Shown in pieces: positions 50,695-55,764 of a DNA stretch of 55,764 bases. Position 1 is the stretch's first letter. Each line of letters starts with the position of its first letter. The translations under genes and the position numbers were made by a program. The stretch lies in contig DASRCU010000238.1 in assembly GCA_035652955.1 (NCBI GenBank), forward strand, positions 1-55,764, read 5' to 3'. The notes under the pieces were generated by a model. That model had not been told where the DNA came from and did no database searches. It saw nothing but the letters and a program-made list of their open reading frames with translations. This DNA is from Verrucomicrobiia bacterium (lineage in GTDB: Bacteria; Verrucomicrobiota; Verrucomicrobiia; Limisphaerales; UBA11358).

Positions 50695-53600
50695 ATGCGC
50701 ACGTGGCTGGTCATCGGATGGTTGGCCGTGATGGAAACGCCCGCGTTCTGCGCCGGGGAAAGCTGCCGGCTCACCAATGTCTCCCAGCTTCAAAGCGCCG
50801 CCCGCCAAGCCGGCCCGACCAACTGTTGCTTCCGATTGGAAGGCACCGTGTGGTGGGCCGATCCGGCGGGCAATGAACTGATTTTACACGATGCCTCCGG
50901 CACGGCAAAGGTGGAGATGGATTTGCAGGGTCGAAGCGTGCGCGCCGGGCAAGTGGTGTGCATCGAGGGCTGCGGCACGGTGATACGCGTCGGCAACGGT
51001 TTCCGGCTCGGCGTAATCGGCCCGGTGGTGGATAACAACGGCATTCATGCCCTGTCTGAAAAAACCGGATCGGTTTATCTGCCGGCGGGACGACAGCCGT
51101 TGCGGCTGGACTGGTTCAATGACACCTATGAATACGGTCTGCAGGTGGAATGGCAGGGGCCGGGATTGCCGCGCCAAAAAATTCCCAACGCCGTTTTGTT
51201 CCGCCAGCCAACGGGTTCGGCGCCGGGGCTGAATTTTGCGGTCTATGACGCGCCGGGCGAAGTGCTGCCGGATTTCAGCCGGCTGTCGCCTGTTCAATCC
51301 GGCGTGGTTTCCAATTTCGATTTGAGTATTTTACCCCGCACGGAGCACGTGGCGGTGCGTTTTGCCGGCGAACTGGCCGTGCCGCGCGCAGGGCTTTACA
51401 CTTTTTTCACCGAGTCGGATGATGGCAGCCAGTTGTTCGTCGGCTCGCCGTCGGTGTTCCTCTCCGTCGTTGGCCCAGGCGCGTTCCCGCCGCCCCGACG
51501 GATTGTGCCCGGTCAGACGGTCCCGGAAACGGAAGATTTTCAATGGGCGACTGCCGAAGGGACGATCACCTTTGCCGGTGAAACCGGGCGCGGGTGGGAA
51601 TGGGATTTAAGCTCCGATCTCGGCCATCTTCGGGTGATAATGAGCGGGCGGACCCCATTGCCCGCGGGAGGGGCGTTGGGCCGGCAGGTTCGCGTGACCG
51701 GCGTTTGCGAGAGCGCGCGCACGGCGGACGGCCAGCAGGTGGCGGACACGTTGCTGGTTCCCGGGACGAACGCAATTGAATGGATCCCGCCGCTGCCGCC
51801 GGTCGTTCCCAACGGGGAAAACTCCGCGGCGCATTTGCCGGTGCTGACCACGGCGGCGGCGGTGCATCGCTTGAGCCGCGAAGAAGCTCAGCGCGGCTAC
51901 CCCGTGAAAATCCAGGGCGTGGTCACCTGCGTGCTGCCGGAACACCAGGCTTTTACCGTGCAGGACGCCACGCGGGGGATTTACGTGGAAGATCATTCCA
52001 CCAGTCGCGCCTTCCTGCCGCAAATTGGAGAATTTCTGGACATTGAAGGCACGACCGATCCCAGCCTGTTTGCACCCATTGTCAAGGCCCGGTCGTTTCG
52101 GAGCCTGGGCGCCGGGCGTTTGCCGGACCCGATCCGGCCCACCTGGGACCAATTGTTGAACGGCAGCCTGGACGCCCAATATGTCGAATTGGAGGGTATC
52201 ATCACCACCGTGACCGATACCAACGTGACGTTGCTGACGCGGGACGGGCGCATCACTGCCGAATTGCGGCTGATCGGCGGCCCGACGGCGACCCTCGCCC
52301 GCTATGAAGATGCGCTGGTGCGCATCCGCGGCTGTCTGTTTGCCAACTGGGATTACGTAACGCACGAAGTAAAGGCGGGCGAAGTGCGGATTTACGGCGC
52401 CGCCCTTTCCGTTGAGCAACCCGTGCCCCGGGATTTATTTGCCTTGCCGGACAAAACCGTGGCGGACCTGTTGCGGTTCGATCCGCAGGCCGGGGTGTTT
52501 CAACGGGTCAAAGTGTCCGGCCAGATTGTCCACGCCAGCAATCCGGAATTTTATCTGACCGACGGCCGAAACGCCCTGCGGTTCATCACCCGCCAGCCGG
52601 AGGATTTGCAGGCGGGCGATCGGGTGGAGGTGGTGGGATTCCCCGACTGGAGCGGCGCGTCGCCGCTGTTGCGCGAGGCCGTGGCCCGCAAAACCGGCCA
52701 CGCCCCGCTGCCGCCGGCCCGTCTCCTGACCGCGGACGATCTGGGGCGACCGGATTACGACGCGCTGCGGGTGCGGGTCGAGGGCAAACTGGCCGACGTG
52801 CGCGACACCGGCCGGGAGCGGATTCTGGAAATTCAAAGCGGCGTGCGCACGTTCGCCGCGCGGTTGCCGCTGCTTTCCCCGCCGCCGCCGGCGCCGCCAC
52901 TGGGCAGCCGCGTGGAATTGACCGGCGTGTATGCCGTTCTGGACATGAACCGGGCCGCGGCGCAGAACGTTTCCACCTTTGAATTGTTGCTCAATTCAGC
53001 CCAGGACCTTCGGGTGCTGGCGCGACCGCCGTGGTGGACGCTGGAACGGCTGCTGGTCATCGTTGGCGCGCTGATGTGCGGTCTGGCCGTAACGCTGCTC
53101 TGGATCACGCAGCTTCGCCGGCAGGTGGAACAGCGCACCGCCGAACTGGCGGCCCAAATCCGGCAGCGCCAGCGTGTGGAACAACAGCACGCCATGGAAC
53201 AGGAACGCGCGCGGGTGGCGCGGGATTTGCACGACGAGCTGGGGTCCAGTCTCACGGAAATTAGCATGCTCGGCGCCCGCGCCCGCGCCGCGGCGGCCTC
53301 CGAAGAGAAACGAACATTTTATCTGGAACAAATGACCGAAAAGGCGCGCGAGGCGGTGGCGGCGCTGGACGAAATTGTCTGGGCCATGAATCCGCGTCAT
53401 GATTCGCTCGCCTCGCTGGTCAGTTATTTCTGCCTGTTTGCCGACCGTTTTCTGGGGCTGGCCAACATCGCCTGGCGACTGGAGGAAGCGCCGGCGGCGC
53501 CGGATTGCGCGGTGGATTTCCGCCACCGCCATCAATTGTTCCTGGCGTTCAAGGAGGCATTGACAAACATTGTCCGGCATTCCCGGGCCACGGAAGTGCG

Positions 53601-53829
53601 CTGGAGCATCCGCCGCCAAGGCGATGAAATGTGCTTGACCATTGCCGACAACGGTCGCGGCCTGCCGTCCTCCCTCCGCGCGGAGGCCGCCGACGGCCTG
53701 GCCAACATGCGCACGCGGCTGGAGAAACTGGGCGGGCGGTTGGAAATCGCCAGTGAATCCGGCCGCGGCACCACGGTGAAGTTTTATTTTCCCGCCAACG
53801 GAAACCATGACGACGCTCGCCATTGTTGA
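50695..53829 (+). CDS. Sensor histidine kinase with a large extracytoplasmic region (PA14-like domain plus five repeated beta-rich modules) and a HisKA_3 plus HATPase_c core
   Basis: PA14-like block YEYGLQVEWQGPGLPRQKIPNAVLF...VAVRFAGELAVPRAGLYTFFTESDDGSQLFVG. Repeated modules such as VKIQGVVTCVLPEHQAFTVQDATRGIYVED. Transmembrane segment LLVIVGALMCGLAVTLLWI. H-box ERARVARDLHDELGSSLTEI. ATPase region IADNGRGL...GRGTTVKFYFP. Confidence 0.88.
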   Translation: MRTWLVIGWLAVMETPAFCAGESCRLTNVSQLQSAARQAGPTNCCFRLEGTVWWADPAGNELILHDASGTAKVEMDLQGRSVRAGQVVCIEGCGTVIRVGNGFRLGVIGPVVDNNGIHALSEKTGSVYLPAGRQPLRLDWFNDTYEYGLQVEWQGPGLPRQKIPNAVLFRQPTGSAPGLNFAVYDAPGEVLPDFSRLSPVQSGVVSNFDLSILPRTEHVAVRFAGELAVPRAGLYTFFTESDDGSQLFVGSPSVFLSVVGPGAFPPPRRIVPGQTVPETEDFQWATAEGTITFAGETGRGWEWDLSSDLGHLRVIMSGRTPLPAGGALGRQVRVTGVCESARTADGQQVADTLLVPGTNAIEWIPPLPPVVPNGENSAAHLPVLTTAAAVHRLSREEAQRGYPVKIQGVVTCVLPEHQAFTVQDATRGIYVEDHSTSRAFLPQIGEFLDIEGTTDPSLFAPIVKARSFRSLGAGRLPDPIRPTWDQLLNGSLDAQYVELEGIITTVTDTNVTLLTRDGRITAELRLIGGPTATLARYEDALVRIRGCLFANWDYVTHEVKAGEVRIYGAALSVEQPVPRDLFALPDKTVADLLRFDPQAGVFQRVKVSGQIVHASNPEFYLTDGRNALRFITRQPEDLQAGDRVEVVGFPDWSGASPLLREAVARKTGHAPLPPARLLTADDLGRPDYDALRVRVEGKLADVRDTGRERILEIQSGVRTFAARLPLLSPPPPAPPLGSRVELTGVYAVLDMNRAAAQNVSTFELLLNSAQDLRVLARPPWWTLERLLVIVGALMCGLAVTLLWITQLRRQVEQRTAELAAQIRQRQRVEQQHAMEQERARVARDLHDELGSSLTEISMLGARARAAAASEEKRTFYLEQMTEKAREAVAALDEIVWAMNPRHDSLASLVSYFCLFADRFLGLANIAWRLEEAPAAPDCAVDFRHRHQLFLAFKEALTNIVRHSRATEVRWSIRRQGDEMCLTIADNGRGLPSSLRAEAADGLANMRTRLEKLGGRLEIASESGRGTTVKFYFPANGNHDDARHC

Positions 53830-54439
53830 AGACAACAAAACCATTCGCGAAAGTCTGGCCGAATTTGCCCAGACCGATCCGGAATGCCGCTGCGTTTGCA
53901 CCTGCGCCACAGCCGAGGAAGCGCTGAAAGTGATCCCGAAACATCGCCCGGACCTGGTGCTGATGGATATTCAATTGCCGAATCTTTCGGGGATTGAATG
54001 TTGCGCCCAGCTCAAGCAATTGCTGCCGTCAGTCCAAATCCTGATGGTCACGGTCTATGAGGACACCGACCGGATTTTCCGGGCGTTGCGGGCGGGCGCC
54101 TGCGGTTATCTGCTCAAACGGTGCACGCCGGAAGAATTGGTGGCGGCCATCCGCGAAGTCCGCCAGGGCGGTGCGCCCATGTCGCGGGAAATCGCCCGCA
54201 AAGTCATCGCCTCGTTTCAAGAGCCTGTCCTCACGGCGGCGGCCGTGGAAGACCTTTCGCGGCGGGAACGGGAGATTCTGGAATTGGTGGCCGCCGGCCT
54301 GCCCAACAAAATTATCGCCGACCGGCTGGGGTTGACCGACGGGACGGTGCGTTGGCATCTGCGGCACGTCTATCACAAGCTTCATGTGCGTTCGCGCACC
54401 GAAGCGGCGTTGAAATTCCACTCCGCCAAAACGACTTGA
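53807..54439 (+). CDS. NarL/LuxR-family response regulator, a paralogue of the 28809 gene
   Basis: MTTLAIVEDNKTIRESL...PDLVLMDIQLPNLSGIE...LSRREREILELVAAGLPNKIIADRLGLTDGTVRWHLRHVYHKLHV. Overlaps the kinase 3' end by 23 nt. Confidence 0.92.
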   Translation: MTTLAIVEDNKTIRESLAEFAQTDPECRCVCTCATAEEALKVIPKHRPDLVLMDIQLPNLSGIECCAQLKQLLPSVQILMVTVYEDTDRIFRALRAGACGYLLKRCTPEELVAAIREVRQGGAPMSREIARKVIASFQEPVLTAAAVEDLSRREREILELVAAGLPNKIIADRLGLTDGTVRWHLRHVYHKLHVRSRTEAALKFHSAKTT

Positions 54440-54553
54440 ACCGCGCGCTCTCAGCCGAGAGCCGCAGCGGCGCCACCCGGCGAACGGGATCAAAAACCAC
54501 ACAATTGTGAGGCTGGCCATCCGAAAGGCTCGGCGGATAGTGAACAGGTTCCA

Positions 54554-55363
54554 ATGAGAAGGATTGTGCAACGGTGGGGAGATTCCCGCCACCCGCGGCG
54601 GAGGGGCGGTTTTACCTTGATCGAGTTGTTGGTGGTAATTGCCATCATCGCCGTCCTGGCGGCGTTGTTGTTGCCGGCGCTGGCCGCGGCGAAGTTCAAG
54701 GCCAAAGTGGCCGCCTGCACTTCAAATTACCGTCAATGGGGGGTCGTCGCCAATCTCTACGCTGGCGACGATGTGCAGAATCGCCTGCCGTCCTGGCCGG
54801 TGGCTTCGGGCCAAAAAGAGCCGTGGGATGTCTCGACGAACATGGTGCTGCAATTGGTGCCGCTGGGAGCGACCATTCCCATCTGGTTCTGTCCGGTGCG
54901 GGCCGATGAATTCCAGTTCGTCAGCCGCGAGTTTACCAGCACTTACGGTCACGCCCTGACCACGGCGAACGATTTGATGAACGCCTTGAAGCTGCCGCAC
55001 AGTCCGGGTGCGCCCAGCACGGCCTTTCCGGTTTTGTATCATTGCTGGTGGGTGCCGCGGTTGTTCAACATCTATTCCACTGTGACGTTTCCGTCGCCGG
55101 CGTCCGGCGTTTGCCGCACGGCGGATGGCTGGCCGGTCAAAACGACAGACCGCATCGCCGGCTATCAACCGATCATCAGCGATTATTGCTATTCGAGCGG
55201 CGGCGCCGGCGACACCAACGTGGCCCATTGCCTGGCCGGCCATTCCCTGAACAACACCCTGCGTTCGGTGAACGTCACCTACGGGGACGGCCATGTCGAA
55301 ACGCATCCCCGCGCGCAGATTCAATGGCAGTATTCCGGCGGCAATGGAACCGCGTTTTATTGA
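54554..55363 (+). CDS. Prepilin-type N-terminal cleavage/methylation domain protein (pseudopilin-like), copy C
   Basis: MRRIVQRWGDSRHPRRRGG|[29 protein letters not shown]-terminal NVTYGDGHVETHP. Confidence 0.9.
   Translation: MRRIVQRWGDSRHPRRRGGFTLIELLVVIAIIAVLAALLLPALAAAKFKAKVAACTSNYRQWGVVANLYAGDDVQNRLPSWPVASGQKEPWDVSTNMVLQLVPLGATIPIWFCPVRADEFQFVSREFTSTYGHALTTANDLMNALKLPHSPGAPSTAFPVLYHCWWVPRLFNIYSTVTFPSPASGVCRTADGWPVKTTDRIAGYQPIISDYCYSSGGAGDTNVAHCLAGHSLNNTLRSVNVTYGDGHVETHPRAQIQWQYSGGNGTAFY
54611..54685 (+). repeat. Conserved 75-nt segment encoding [25 protein letters not shown] (dispersed repeat, copy C)
   Basis: Same peptide as copies A and B apart from one I-to-V change. The DNA is more diverged at third codon positions. 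Confidence 0.6.
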
Positions 55364-55395
55364 AACAAAATTTTCAAACCTGCCTCAACCCACAC

Positions 55396-55764
55396 AAACA
55401 AAGTTATGAAAAGTCTCCGACATCCACTCATTCTGGCCGCCGCCGCACTGGCGGGAACGCTCGCCATCGCCTCCGCCGATCCGGTGGTTTTCAACGTCAA
55501 CATGTCCGTGCAAACTGCCCTGGGCAACTTCAACGCCGGCAATGGCGACACGGTGCGGTTGCTCGGGCTGAACGGCGACTGGAGCACCGGCGTGGCCATG
55601 GTGCCGTCCGTGGCCGACACAAACATCTGGACGGTCACCAACGACCTGGCGGCGGGAAGCTGGCCGAATTACAAATTCGTGATCGCCCCTGCCGCCGGCT
55701 CCTGGATTTGGGAAAGCCCGGCGAGTTTTGGGGGCGGGAACCGCTACTTCCAGGTGCCGGCCGG
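55396..55764 (+). CDS. Secreted protein with an N-terminal carbohydrate-binding-module-like (CBM20-type) beta-sandwich; the 3' end runs off the window
   Basis: Absent from the ORF track because it has no stop in the window. My own translation is MKSLRHPLILAAAALAGTLAIASA DPVVFNVNMSVQTALGNFNAGNGDTVRLLGLNGDWSTGVAMVPSVADTNIWTVTNDLAAGSWPNYKFVIAPAAGSWIWESPASFGGGNRYFQVPA. Confidence 0.65.

Overview
This is a high-GC (about 60%) chromosomal segment. It carries repeated prepilin-type (G|FTLIELL) pseudopilin-like genes with a C-terminal DG(S/H)V motif, a giant autotransporter-associated beta-strand-repeat protein, and Reg_prop/Y_Y_Y and PA14 sensor kinases. Together these point to the PVC superphylum, most likely Verrucomicrobiota; that assignment is inference from gene content only. 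I call about 35 protein genes and one tRNA.

Gene content, left to right:
- A putative zinc-uptake cluster: partial TonB-dependent receptor, a small His/Cys protein and a ZIP transporter.
- secA.
- A surface-protein cluster: two pseudopilin-like genes, a 1302-aa repeat protein and a frameshifted small gene.
- A secreted hypothetical protein, a GAF-GAF histidine kinase and an LptF/G permease.
- A PUL-like glycan locus: a lyase-like/GH27 fusion, GH29, a GH2-like protein and a Reg_prop sensor kinase with a NarL-type regulator.
- A PDZ-less S1C protease and a MoxR ATPase.
- tRNA-Gln, mnmG, pgi, a degenerate sulfatase-fold protein, tsf and rpsB.
- prc, yacG, msrA, gap, an ADP-dependent-like sugar kinase, a zinc-ribbon protein, rtcB, a Gfo/Idh/MocA oxidoreductase and lpxD.
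- A second two-component module (PA14 sensor kinase with a NarL-type regulator) followed by a third pseudopilin-like gene and a CBM-like secreted protein.

I saw no rRNA, CRISPR array, transposase, integrase or recognisable defence genes.

Most notable observations:
1. A 12-bp palindrome, GAAC(A/G)TTTGTTC, occurs five times exactly plus once with one mismatch. Every copy is in a 5' intergenic region of the glycan locus or the surface-protein cluster, which suggests a local regulon.
2. A 2.8-kb low-GC tract starts inside mnmG and ends inside pgi, next to tRNA-Gln. This looks like a mosaic or recombination patch, or a chimeric assembly.
3. Pseudopilin-like genes sit beside large secreted proteins three times, in one case directly downstream of a sensor-regulator pair.
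4. A sulfatase-fold protein has every catalytic signature substituted.

All calls come from reading the sequence and the supplied translations by eye. No database search was run.
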